Made by a program: the position numbers and the translations under genes
In this document: piece after piece, positions 8,594 through 16,612 of the stretch
Position numbering within the stretch: the first letter of the stretch is position 1
Layout: each line of letters begins with the position of its first letter
Notes under the pieces: model-generated
What the model was told of the DNA's origin: nothing
What the model saw: only the letters and a program-made list of their open reading frames with translations
Database searches by the model: none
Virus record (IMG/VR): IMGVR_UViG_3300035670_000044
Coordinates: 1-64,000 of that record
Source of the DNA: a virus
DNA length: 64,000 bases
Reading direction: 5' to 3' (one strand)

Positions 8594-10604
8594 TACCCCT
8601 CAACCCGTATCAATTTTATCAGAGCTGTCAACGGACTTTTTGGCGTATTCAACTGCCATCTTCAATCGGTCTTTACCGGATGTAGTAGACGGTTTGAAGG
8701 TGGCTCAGCGCCGCGTGCTCCTGTCTTTGCACGATCTGCACCTGAAACCGGGTTCGGGTTACTGCAAGGTCACCCGGGTTGAAGGACACACGTTGGGCTC
8801 ATATCACCCCCAGGGAGGGTGTGCCGGAACCATAATCAACCTGGGCCAGGAGAGCTCTTTGCGTTACACTCTGACAGAGATCCATGGGAACGCCGGGGGC
8901 TCCATCCAGACCGGAAACTACATCGGTCAAATGGTCTCCGATGACTCACCCGCCGCCCCCAGGTACCTGGAAGTACGTGCTACCCCCTTCTGCCAAAAAC
9001 TGTACCTGGACGAGATCCGGAAGGGGTTGGGGGAATGGCGGGAAAACTACGATGGCACCAACACCGAACCTATCCGAATCGTTCCGTCTCTACCCGCTCT
9101 GCTTCTCACCGGGTCTGTAGGGATCGCAAGCGGATACGCATGCAACCACATCCCGTGGAACTTGCGGGATGTGGTAAGCGCTACCACAGCTCTTATCAAA
9201 AACCCGAAGATAACCGACGCAGCTCTGGCTTCAAAGTTCTCCAATCCCCCCGAGCCACCTGCTGGCGGTCGAGTGGTTCGTGACGAGGGGGTCCGGTCAG
9301 CTTTACTGACCGGGAAAGGACAAGTTGTGGTGTACGGGAGCTGGGAGTTGGAAGACTCCCTTTCGTGGGGAAAACGGTCCACCAGGGCAGCCATCATCGT
9401 AACCCGGCTCGCTTCGGGCTCTAGTGAGAAATTTCTAGGACGAGTCAGGGAGTTGGCTGATGCCGAGAAATTGCCCGGGCTACTGGACGCTGCTGATTAC
9501 TCGAGTCGGGACGGGATCCGGATCGTCCTGGTGGCAAAGACTGTGGAGGACCGAAACAGGTTGCTGGGCACGTTAATTCACAATGGGACCGGACTCCGGC
9601 ACACCCACAGCGTTAACGCTACTGCAGTGGGGTGCGACGGAAAACCCAGGACTGTGGGTGTTCGTGAATCCATCCGGACATGGTACGAATCTCGGGTTGC
9701 TTACCTAATAGAGTCGAATAAGTCCGCTGTCAATCTCCTTCGCACTGATACTGACCGTTTACAGGCCACACTAGCTATTTTAAAAGACCTGGACAAGTTC
9801 CTCAAAACTGTAAGATCGGCAAAGGATAAACCTGACGCTGTTGTCAAAGTCTCCGGGATTTGGAAAATCTCTCCTGATCTCGCTAGATACGTAATCGGTA
9901 TCCCTGTCTCAACCCTGATCTCTACGGAGGAGCAGGACATCCTTAATCGTCACACCAAACTATCAGGGGAGATCGATAACCTCACCAAGTTGTGTACCCT
10001 CGGTCCCGCCCTGGACGCGCATATCTGTTCCGAGATTGCTTCCCTGAGGGGTCTGTGCGGCCCGGCAAGGGCTGTTTGGATGGAGGATGATGTACCGACT
10101 CAACAACAGCCGGTAAGGGCCCTTACAGAGCGGGATAGGATGGTTGTAGAGGCTAAATCCCTGGGCATTAGTTCTAAGGTGGTGAACCAGTGGATACGGG
10201 ATAATACCGGGTCCGGGAAACTCTCTGAGAAATGGTCTGAGTACAAGCTCGAGCATCTGCATCGCTTGCAAATGACCACGCGAGAGGGCAAAAAACAACG
10301 CAAGCTGGAGCTGGATAAAATCCGTGCCGAGGCGGAAAAGAAAGGTCTTCCTCGTCGAGGTCAATACGCCTGGAATGCTTTTATTTCCACATGCCCTACT
10401 TCCCGTATCGATGTAATACGTGCTAGGGTTGGTGAGTGGCTATCAAAGCTGCCTAAACCCACTTCATCACGTGCCCAATCCGATCCAGGTAAATCTAAGC
10501 CCTCAACACCTCGAGCTAGCGGAAGTAGAGGCTCAAAGAAGACAGGGGAGCAACGAGTCAGCGGGGTTGAGGGGGAGAAACCGAGCTCCGGCAAGGGGAA
10601 ATAA
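8586..10604 (+). CDS. type IIA topoisomerase subunit A (GyrA/ParC-like)
   Basis: RSLPDVVDGLKVAQRRVL, YHPQG, AAPRY catalytic Tyr, ENYDG, GIASGYACNHIP. Confidence 0.9.
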   Translation: MTNTPQPVSILSELSTDFLAYSTAIFNRSLPDVVDGLKVAQRRVLLSLHDLHLKPGSGYCKVTRVEGHTLGSYHPQGGCAGTIINLGQESSLRYTLTEIHGNAGGSIQTGNYIGQMVSDDSPAAPRYLEVRATPFCQKLYLDEIRKGLGEWRENYDGTNTEPIRIVPSLPALLLTGSVGIASGYACNHIPWNLRDVVSATTALIKNPKITDAALASKFSNPPEPPAGGRVVRDEGVRSALLTGKGQVVVYGSWELEDSLSWGKRSTRAAIIVTRLASGSSEKFLGRVRELADAEKLPGLLDAADYSSRDGIRIVLVAKTVEDRNRLLGTLIHNGTGLRHTHSVNATAVGCDGKPRTVGVRESIRTWYESRVAYLIESNKSAVNLLRTDTDRLQATLAILKDLDKFLKTVRSAKDKPDAVVKVSGIWKISPDLARYVIGIPVSTLISTEEQDILNRHTKLSGEIDNLTKLCTLGPALDAHICSEIASLRGLCGPARAVWMEDDVPTQQQPVRALTERDRMVVEAKSLGISSKVVNQWIRDNTGSGKLSEKWSEYKLEHLHRLQMTTREGKKQRKLELDKIRAEAEKKGLPRRGQYAWNAFISTCPTSRIDVIRARVGEWLSKLPKPTSSRAQSDPGKSKPSTPRASGSRGSKKTGEQRVSGVEGEKPSSGKGK

Positions 10605-10989
10605 AGCTCTGGACATGCACCGGCTTGGTGCTACGGGTGAGGTGGCCGCAGCCGTACACCTGGGACTTGAAGCTCACCTGTTCAGCGAGCAAACAGCCCG
10701 ACAGGGTTCTTCAGATTTGCCAGGGGACATTGAAGTAAAAACCCGGAGCCGCCACAAATACGACCTGATCGTCCAAAAGGATGAGCGTCCGGATAAACGG
10801 ATCGTTTTGGTGACAATTGAGCGGGATAAGGTTATGTTGCAGGGCTGGTGCGTAGCCGGAGATGTGATGGATAAGGAGTTTTGGGCAGATCCGGCTGGGG
10901 GACGTCCGGCTTACTTTGTTCCTAAGGACAAATTGAGGGACATCTCAGAACTCATGGAAGAACTTAACACGGTTGAAAGCACAGTATAG
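10471..10989 (+). CDS. phage protein with PD-(D/E)xK-like motif
   Basis: GATGEVA...DLPGDIEVKTR; likely start overlaps the 3' end of the topoisomerase gene. Confidence 0.6.
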   Translation: MPNPIQVNLSPQHLELAEVEAQRRQGSNESAGLRGRNRAPARGNKALDMHRLGATGEVAAAVHLGLEAHLFSEQTARQGSSDLPGDIEVKTRSRHKYDLIVQKDERPDKRIVLVTIERDKVMLQGWCVAGDVMDKEFWADPAGGRPAYFVPKDKLRDISELMEELNTVESTV

Positions 10990-11005
10990 ACGTGACATTT
11001 CCTAC

Positions 11006-11257
11006 ATGGATTACCTGTATCTCGGCCCTTTGTTCATTATCCTGTACATGGTGTCTTCGGACAAAAACTTAGGGGAATATCTGTACCTCAAGTTATTTGA
11101 CCAACCCGCTTTGATGTTCCGTACCTCTCTTTTGAAATATAAGCTCTTGCTGTCCCTCCGCTATGACCGTTTCTTGCTTAAGCGTGGCATTGTTCCCCGA
11201 AGGTTTTATGACATGGCTGGTCAGGTCCGTGAAGATGCCGGAGCAAACTCAAAGTGA
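11006..11257 (+). CDS. hypothetical membrane protein
   Basis: Hydrophobic N-terminus; motif at 10972. Confidence 0.55.
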   Translation: MDYLYLGPLFIILYMVSSDKNLGEYLYLKLFDQPALMFRTSLLKYKLLLSLRYDRFLLKRGIVPRRFYDMAGQVREDAGANSK

Positions 11258-11375
11258 AAGAGAATCAACACCTTGGTACGAGTTTAACAGCTATGTCGAC
11301 TCATGCTCATCCCTTAACAGACCAGTCAGCGTTACCGGATGGTGCAGGTATCTCCTTTACTACGGGTCTAATTGA
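11235..11375 (+). CDS. small hypothetical protein
   Basis: PWYEFNSYVDSCSSL; overlaps previous stop. Confidence 0.45.
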   Translation: MPEQTQSERESTPWYEFNSYVDSCSSLNRPVSVTGWCRYLLYYGSN

Positions 11376-11463
11376 GTCGAGCAGGGTGAACAGTGACGAG
11401 ACGTTGCGTCACTACTCTCTAGGTCCGTGCTAAGATGGAGTTGTAACCCTTAAACTCACCGTT

Positions 11464-11847
11464 ATGAACCCTTGGGACGAGCTAGAGCAACGCTTTTTGA
11501 GGTTTACTACTACTGTGAAGGAGATGGTCGACTCTATTATGTTGTCCGTAGATGACGATAGGGTGTCGGCAGAGATTGCGGACAATGTCTCTAACCTGGC
11601 TGTCGGACTTAAGCAGTACGTTATCACTTGCGAGGATGAAATTTCCAATGCAATGGAGTCCAAAATTGCGCATGACTACTCCAAGAATCCGTTCCAACAG
11701 ACCACCGGGGTACTTGCAATCGATGAGGATTACACTGTTCAGCTACCTCAGTACGTTATCGACCTGCTGGGATGGAAACCCGGAGACAATTTACAGTGGG
11801 AGATAGGGAGTGATAACACAGCAACCATCAGAAACCTGGATAAATGA
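11464..11847 (+). CDS. AbrB/MazE/SpoVT-like domain protein
   Basis: C-terminal VQLPQYVIDLLGWKPGDNLQWE. Confidence 0.65.
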   Translation: MNPWDELEQRFLRFTTTVKEMVDSIMLSVDDDRVSAEIADNVSNLAVGLKQYVITCEDEISNAMESKIAHDYSKNPFQQTTGVLAIDEDYTVQLPQYVIDLLGWKPGDNLQWEIGSDNTATIRNLDK

Positions 11848-12445
11848 GGTCTTGGGAACGGATTGGGTGACGGAATCCCGTGCAAACGGGCCTGTTACCC
11901 TCCGATCCAGGAGTTTTTCAGACCAGTCCAGGGGGGTATGGCTCTCCCGCGAGTGCGTTTTGGACGTACCTGGGAAGTTTTTTGCTGAAACTTTGTTGGT
12001 TTACCCTTATACCGATGAAATTTTCCCTATTTTCGGATCTGAGTACATCGGTATGGGGAGGGGATGCTTCGGAGCGGTCGATTTTCACCCCGTACAGGCC
12101 GAAAACAACCTGATACCGGCTATTTTCGACTGTTTCCCCCCCCGAATTGTCTCCCAATCGCCCCACTATGACCTCGATCGGCACTTTTCCCCCGTCTTGT
12201 GGCATCACAAGTCCCCAGATGACTTCTATGGGGAGTTTGCGGACGTGGCCAGCACACGTCTACGCCACTATCTGAGGGTTTTGACTCCCAGTACGCCCCC
12301 CGAACCGGGGAGATTTTCCCCATTCGACACCTACATGGCCCTCAACGACCCGGCTCGCGGTATACTGAAAGCTTACTTTGGTGCCGAGTTCTCCGATGAC
12401 TACATCAGACGCTTCCTCTTCCCGCACTGTCGATGTGACAGTTGA
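11810..12445 (+). CDS. ferredoxin-dependent bilin reductase (PebA/PebS-like)
   Basis: PIFG..., VDFHPV, YDLDRHFSP, FDTYMALNDPARGILKAYFG...FLFP. Confidence 0.75.
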   Translation: MITQQPSETWINEVLGTDWVTESRANGPVTLRSRSFSDQSRGVWLSRECVLDVPGKFFAETLLVYPYTDEIFPIFGSEYIGMGRGCFGAVDFHPVQAENNLIPAIFDCFPPRIVSQSPHYDLDRHFSPVLWHHKSPDDFYGEFADVASTRLRHYLRVLTPSTPPEPGRFSPFDTYMALNDPARGILKAYFGAEFSDDYIRRFLFPHCRCDS

Positions 12446-12824
12446 TTCCGAGAATTATATGCAGATCAGACCGGAAGATGTAGGTATGTATAGCAGAGTA
12501 AACCCGGATCAGACTCTCCTAACACCGTATCCGAGGAGATTTGCACACAAAAACGACACTACGGGCGAGGTAACACCGGGGTCAATGTCCACCCTGTCCA
12601 TTACCACCGGGGATATTGTAAGGATAATGGCTAAGATTGAAAAGCTTGTTATGGGGAGCCCGGAAGGTGTTAACCACAGGCTAAACGAGCTGTTTTTAGA
12701 TGAGAAAAAGCAGGCAAGACGTTCCATCACACCCGGAACCCTCAGGATCTTCGCAAACAACATGGCCTGCTACTACACAGGACGCAGTTGGCGCAAGATT
12801 CGTCTTACTAGGGGTGAAAACTAA
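12378..12824 (+). CDS. hypothetical protein
   Basis: ORF coupled to the next gene (TAATG); start uncertain. Confidence 0.6.
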   Translation: MVPSSPMTTSDASSSRTVDVTVDSENYMQIRPEDVGMYSRVNPDQTLLTPYPRRFAHKNDTTGEVTPGSMSTLSITTGDIVRIMAKIEKLVMGSPEGVNHRLNELFLDEKKQARRSITPGTLRIFANNMACYYTGRSWRKIRLTRGEN

Positions 12825-13642
12825 TGGTCTTGTATTGTCCTGGACGTACTACTTTCACCCACAACCAGTTCTTGGCCGATTTTACCGGCTTGAGCGAGAT
12901 GAAATTTATGGTCCTGGATACTGCATCGGCAGATCTGGCGTACGCTAGTGGCTCACAAAACCTCATTTTGTGCTCCAATGAGAGGTTTAACCTTGAGCTT
13001 CACAAGTTTTTAACGATAGCCCCGGCCCATCGGTATGTCAGAGAGAGTTGGGAGAATAAATTTGAAGGGGGGAGGGGTTGGAAACAAAGAGGGAAGTTTT
13101 TAGCAGCCTTTAACAATACGTATCGCCCCAAAGTGATGAGGACATGGGACGATATATCCCAGTACTACTGTGTTTTAGCCATGAGCGGGTTCAGCACCTC
13201 GTATCAAAGGTGGAGATTGATCGGTGAGCACACCCCCGTAACTCCTAACTACGACGCAATTCGTAAATGGTCTCAATCTCACAAGGGAAAAACCATACGA
13301 TACTACAGACGCAACATATACAACTACCCGACTTCGGAAGTTGATGAAAATACCGTAATTTACTTCCACATGCCTAATAACTTCGCCCCGTATGGATGTG
13401 GGTATGTGTGGACCAGAAGAAAACTGGACAGAATCTCCAAAGAGCTTTGCGATTTGTCCGATTCCGGTCAAAAAATCATTGTAAGTATGTCCCATAGTCG
13501 GTGGGACAAGAGAAACTCTGAGATCCAGGAATTATTCCCCCCTGACCTGTTCAAAATCACTCACTACACCGAGTTGAAAGCTCAGAAGTTGGGATTTACC
13601 CCACAACCTGTTACGGAGGCCTATTTAGTTGCGAATCTCTGA
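12824..13642 (+). CDS. degenerate Dam/D12-class adenine methyltransferase-like protein
   Basis: Dam-like length and layout; VIYFHMPN sits where FVYxDPPY would be. Confidence 0.45.
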   Translation: MVLYCPGRTTFTHNQFLADFTGLSEMKFMVLDTASADLAYASGSQNLILCSNERFNLELHKFLTIAPAHRYVRESWENKFEGGRGWKQRGKFLAAFNNTYRPKVMRTWDDISQYYCVLAMSGFSTSYQRWRLIGEHTPVTPNYDAIRKWSQSHKGKTIRYYRRNIYNYPTSEVDENTVIYFHMPNNFAPYGCGYVWTRRKLDRISKELCDLSDSGQKIIVSMSHSRWDKRNSEIQELFPPDLFKITHYTELKAQKLGFTPQPVTEAYLVANL

Positions 13643-13658
13643 CCCCGATGCCCCAGAT

Positions 13659-14000
13659 ATGGGGAGCCATATCTTGCTGAACGTGTACGGTTGCGGAGAG
13701 GTCGATAGATTGAGATCTTTAGCCCTGTTTAGGGTCTGGGCGGGACCCATGTTGGCCCGGTGCGGCGCCGAAGTGGTCGATGTGTCGGGATATCAGTTCC
13801 AGCCGTTCGGAGAAGCCGGCTACACGTACCTTGCCTTGTTGACCACTTCCCATTTCTCGATCCACACGTGGCCGGAGCATGGATCGGCTGCCATCGACGT
13901 GTTCACGTGCGGGACCTCAGTTGACATGGACCGAATCGTCTCTGAACTGGCCGAGTTCTTCGCTCCATCCTCGCAAACCGTCAAGTCTGTGCTAAGGTAA
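13659..14000 (+). CDS. speD: S-adenosylmethionine decarboxylase proenzyme
   Basis: GSHILLNVYGC, YQFQP, LLTTSHFSIHTWPE, AAIDVFTCG. Confidence 0.9.
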   Translation: MGSHILLNVYGCGEVDRLRSLALFRVWAGPMLARCGAEVVDVSGYQFQPFGEAGYTYLALLTTSHFSIHTWPEHGSAAIDVFTCGTSVDMDRIVSELAEFFAPSSQTVKSVLR

Positions 14001-14019
14001 AGGGGCATTAAACCGATCC

Positions 14020-14169
14020 ATGGCCAAAAAGCCCTCTTTGACCAACGTCAGCGCGTTGATTTTTGCTGGTAAACCCAAACGGACCCGGCAGGGGTCAAGC
14101 ATCAACACCAAACTCTCAGCTACTAGCCGGAATGGGAGGAAAAAACGCAACCAGGGTCAGGGTACGTAG
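14020..14169 (+). CDS. small basic cyanophage protein
   Basis: PKRTRQG...TSRNGRKKRNQGQG; below the ORF-track cutoff. Confidence 0.6.
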   Translation: MAKKPSLTNVSALIFAGKPKRTRQGSSINTKLSATSRNGRKKRNQGQGT

Positions 14170-14186
14170 GGCGAGAGCCCCCTCTT

Positions 14187-14259
14187 GCGGGTTTAGCAAT
14201 CTGGTGAATGCAGCGAACTCATAATTCGCCGAAGGTGGGTTCAATCCCCTCAACCCGCA
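14187..14259 (+). tRNA. tRNA with CAT anticodon (Met or Ile2)
   Basis: Cloverleaf; GCGAA-CTCATAA-TTCGC anticodon arm; GGTTCAA T-loop. Confidence 0.9.
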
Positions 14260-14268
14260 TGAGATTTA

Positions 14269-14350
14269 CGGAACGTGGTGGAACTGGTAGACACACCGGA
14301 CTTAAAATCCGGTGCCGAAAGGCGTGAGAGTTCGACCCTCTCCGTTTCGA
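14269..14350 (+). tRNA. tRNA-Leu(TAA)
   Basis: CCGGA-CTTAAAA-TCCGG arm, long variable arm, GTTCGA. Confidence 0.9.
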
Positions 14351-14380
14351 TTGGGTTGGTATTTTTTCAACCCTTACATT

Positions 14381-14457
14381 GTCCGCTTAGCTCAGTTGAA
14401 TAGAGCAGCGAACTTCTAATTCGTAGGTCGGGGGTTTGAGTCCCTCAGCGGACGCCA
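14381..14457 (+). tRNA. tRNA-Arg(TCT)
   Basis: CTTCTAA loop, TAGCTCAG D-arm, encoded CCA. Confidence 0.9.
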
Positions 14458-14528
14458 GCGGGTATGGTGTAGTGGTAACATCCGAGTTTTCCAAACTCTA
14501 GTCATCGGTTCAAATCCGTTTACCCGCT
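14458..14528 (+). tRNA. tRNA-Gly(TCC)
   Basis: GAGT-TTTCCAA-ACTC arm, GGTTCAAATCC; abuts tRNA-Arg. Confidence 0.88.
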
Positions 14529-14556
14529 CTGACAAAACTATGCTATAGTAGTTAGT

Positions 14557-14990
14557 GACAGAGGGCAGGCCTCTGGACGTGCCTCATGAGTACGTATCAC
14601 GCCTGCTCCTTCGTCTATCCCAGGGTGCCATTTGCTGGTTTCCGTAGCCCTGGGTGGTATAAGGGGAAACCAGCCCAGCGGGTACAGGACCCGCATATTA
14701 CCCCACGCTGCTCTGTCGGCGTGGAGCAGCCAGATGTCTGGTTTGCGTAACGAGGTTGAGTAGCAAGTAAGGAACGGTGCTTAGAAAGGAAGCTATTTGA
14801 TACTCCCGTTCACCTCCACCCTCCGCTCTGTACCGAATGGGGACGCCCGACCGGATGCATCGGATCTAAGTCCTGCTTCGGCAGGCCAGAGGGATGGCCT
14901 CCTCTGCCAATACGGTCGGCCAACCGCCAAGGACTCTCGAGCCTCTGATGGGAAGGTACCCCTCTGGATCGCAGGTTAGATCCACCTTTC
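14557..14990 (+). ncRNA. cluster of structured non-coding RNAs / hli leader
   Basis: Pseudoknot 14619-14674, several hairpins including CCTGC-TTCG-GCAGG, upstream TGCTATAGT. Confidence 0.5.
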
Positions 14991-15004
14991 TCTTACCATG
15001 TTCC

Positions 15005-15124
15005 ATGAAACAGCCCAGCCCCGCATCCATCGAACTCTGGAATTCCCGTCTCTCCCTCCTTGGCCTCGTAGCCGCTATCGGAGCCTACTCTCTTACCGGA
15101 CAGGTTATCCCGGGAGTTTGGTAG
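15005..15124 (+). CDS. hli: high-light-inducible protein
   Basis: ELWNSRLSLLGLVAAIGAYSLTGQVIPGVW. Confidence 0.9.
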   Translation: MKQPSPASIELWNSRLSLLGLVAAIGAYSLTGQVIPGVW

Positions 15125-15131
15125 ACGTGGA

Positions 15132-15158
15132 GTGGGGGGACTAAAAATCTCCCCCCAC
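15132..15158 (+). terminator. hairpin after hli
   Basis: GTGGGGGGA...TCCCCCCAC inverted repeat. Confidence 0.55.
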
Positions 15159-15222
15159 CTATACAATTTTCCCAAGACATTTGTTGAAAGCTAATTGACA
15201 GTAGTAGCTTTCTTGATTTGTC

Positions 15223-15681
15223 GTGTCTATTTTTAGCTCCCCGGGCGTCCCCTTCCGTACAAGAGTTTCTTTGCTGGAGGAGCGTCTCTCTTCCTATGAC
15301 GAGATTAGTAAGCAAATGCTCAGCAAGCTTGAGGAAGCTGTAAAAGAGATTTCTGAGTCTAATAGGAATATTTCGCAGATCCTGATTCGTCACGAGGAGC
15401 GTATTGACAGGGCTTCCGAAAATAACGCTGCTATAGTTCAGCTCATGAGTAAAACTGAGGCGGAATTAAAGGAGAAAATTGAGAAGTCTATAGGTGATAT
15501 AGAGGTCCGGGTGGGAACTAATTCGAAGAGTATAGAGGAGTTAAAAAAAGGTAAATGGATTTGGGTTGGAGTAGTGGCTGCTTCTTCATTTTTTCTAGGA
15601 CAATCAAAATTGCTAGAAAGAATCCATATCCCCCCTGTCCAGAACAATAACGTGGAATACACTGTCCCCAACAAAAATTAA
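15223..15681 (+). CDS. coiled-coil protein with a C-terminal TM helix
   Basis: Heptad repeats followed by WIWVGVVAASSFFL. Confidence 0.7.
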   Translation: MSIFSSPGVPFRTRVSLLEERLSSYDEISKQMLSKLEEAVKEISESNRNISQILIRHEERIDRASENNAAIVQLMSKTEAELKEKIEKSIGDIEVRVGTNSKSIEELKKGKWIWVGVVAASSFFLGQSKLLERIHIPPVQNNNVEYTVPNKN

Positions 15682-15906
15682 TCCAGATGTCGGTGTTAAT
15701 CTCAAGACATCTTTGCCGGGACCTCCTGGGTGACGTGAATATGCTGTACAGTACGGGGGTGGAATCCATGCATTCGTCCACCCGGGCGAGCAAATCCCTA
15801 ACATGACCCTTTATCTTCCCTCACTCCTGGGGCGCATTGTTGCTATGATGGTTAAAACCACGCACAGCCCGTCTGCGGCGTTTCAAAAGTACTTGAACGA
15901 AAACCC

Positions 15907-16587
15907 ATGGAGCTTGGCAGCGAGAGTGTACGACACGTAACCGAACGCCCCTACGCGTTCGTGGGTGACCTCCACGGGCGCGTTAACCTGCTCCGAACAA
16001 TACTGGAGCGCGATCCGGGTAAACGCTACCATTACGTGTTCTTGGGGGACACTATCCACCACAAGCCGTTTTTTAAACACAACAAACGCTGTTCTCCTGT
16101 AAAAATTCTGCGCATTATCGATGCGTTGATGTCAGAAAAACGCTGCAGTTTGGTGTTGGGCAATAATGAGAACTATGTTCTTAATGCCCTGGTGATGCCT
16201 GGCCAGAACATTAAGAAAAAAGAACTTAGGTACACACTGGAGTGTTTGAGGGAACTACCTCTCGACGAGCGTTTGCGTTACATATCAATCCTTTCGAACG
16301 CTCCTACACATCTCGAGCTAATGGGTAAATACCGTCTTGCCCATGCCTATTATCCCCACACCGATCAAAACGTACCGAGAGATACAGTACTGTTCGGTCC
16401 AGGTTATGTGTGGTTCCGTGACCTGGATCTGGAGACACGTCACATGATTGACCCCCAGTACATGTATTTTTTCGGGCATTACGGCCTGCCGTATCGTCGT
16501 AACAATGTGAATATCCTGGACGCTACAAATCTTGAGGCGACTGGGGTATATTACACAGATCGAGACGAGTCTGTGGTATACTACTGA
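15907..16587 (+). CDS. calcineurin-like metallophosphoesterase
   Basis: GDLHG, FLGD, LGNNE, LAHA, FFGH. Confidence 0.85.
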   Translation: MELGSESVRHVTERPYAFVGDLHGRVNLLRTILERDPGKRYHYVFLGDTIHHKPFFKHNKRCSPVKILRIIDALMSEKRCSLVLGNNENYVLNALVMPGQNIKKKELRYTLECLRELPLDERLRYISILSNAPTHLELMGKYRLAHAYYPHTDQNVPRDTVLFGPGYVWFRDLDLETRHMIDPQYMYFFGHYGLPYRRNNVNILDATNLEATGVYYTDRDESVVYY

Positions 16588-16612
16588 TTAAGTCCGTGCC
16601 GTCCCCAGCGAG

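Noticed and set aside
14187-14528. tRNA as a prophage attachment site, or suppressor tRNA recoding
   Set aside because: No integrase or duplicated tRNA end seen; anticodons are sense codons and ORFs read normally in the standard code
14797-15004. N-terminal extension of hli and short ORFs across the structured region
   Set aside because: HLIP homology begins after ATG 15005; the upstream sequence is better explained as RNA structure
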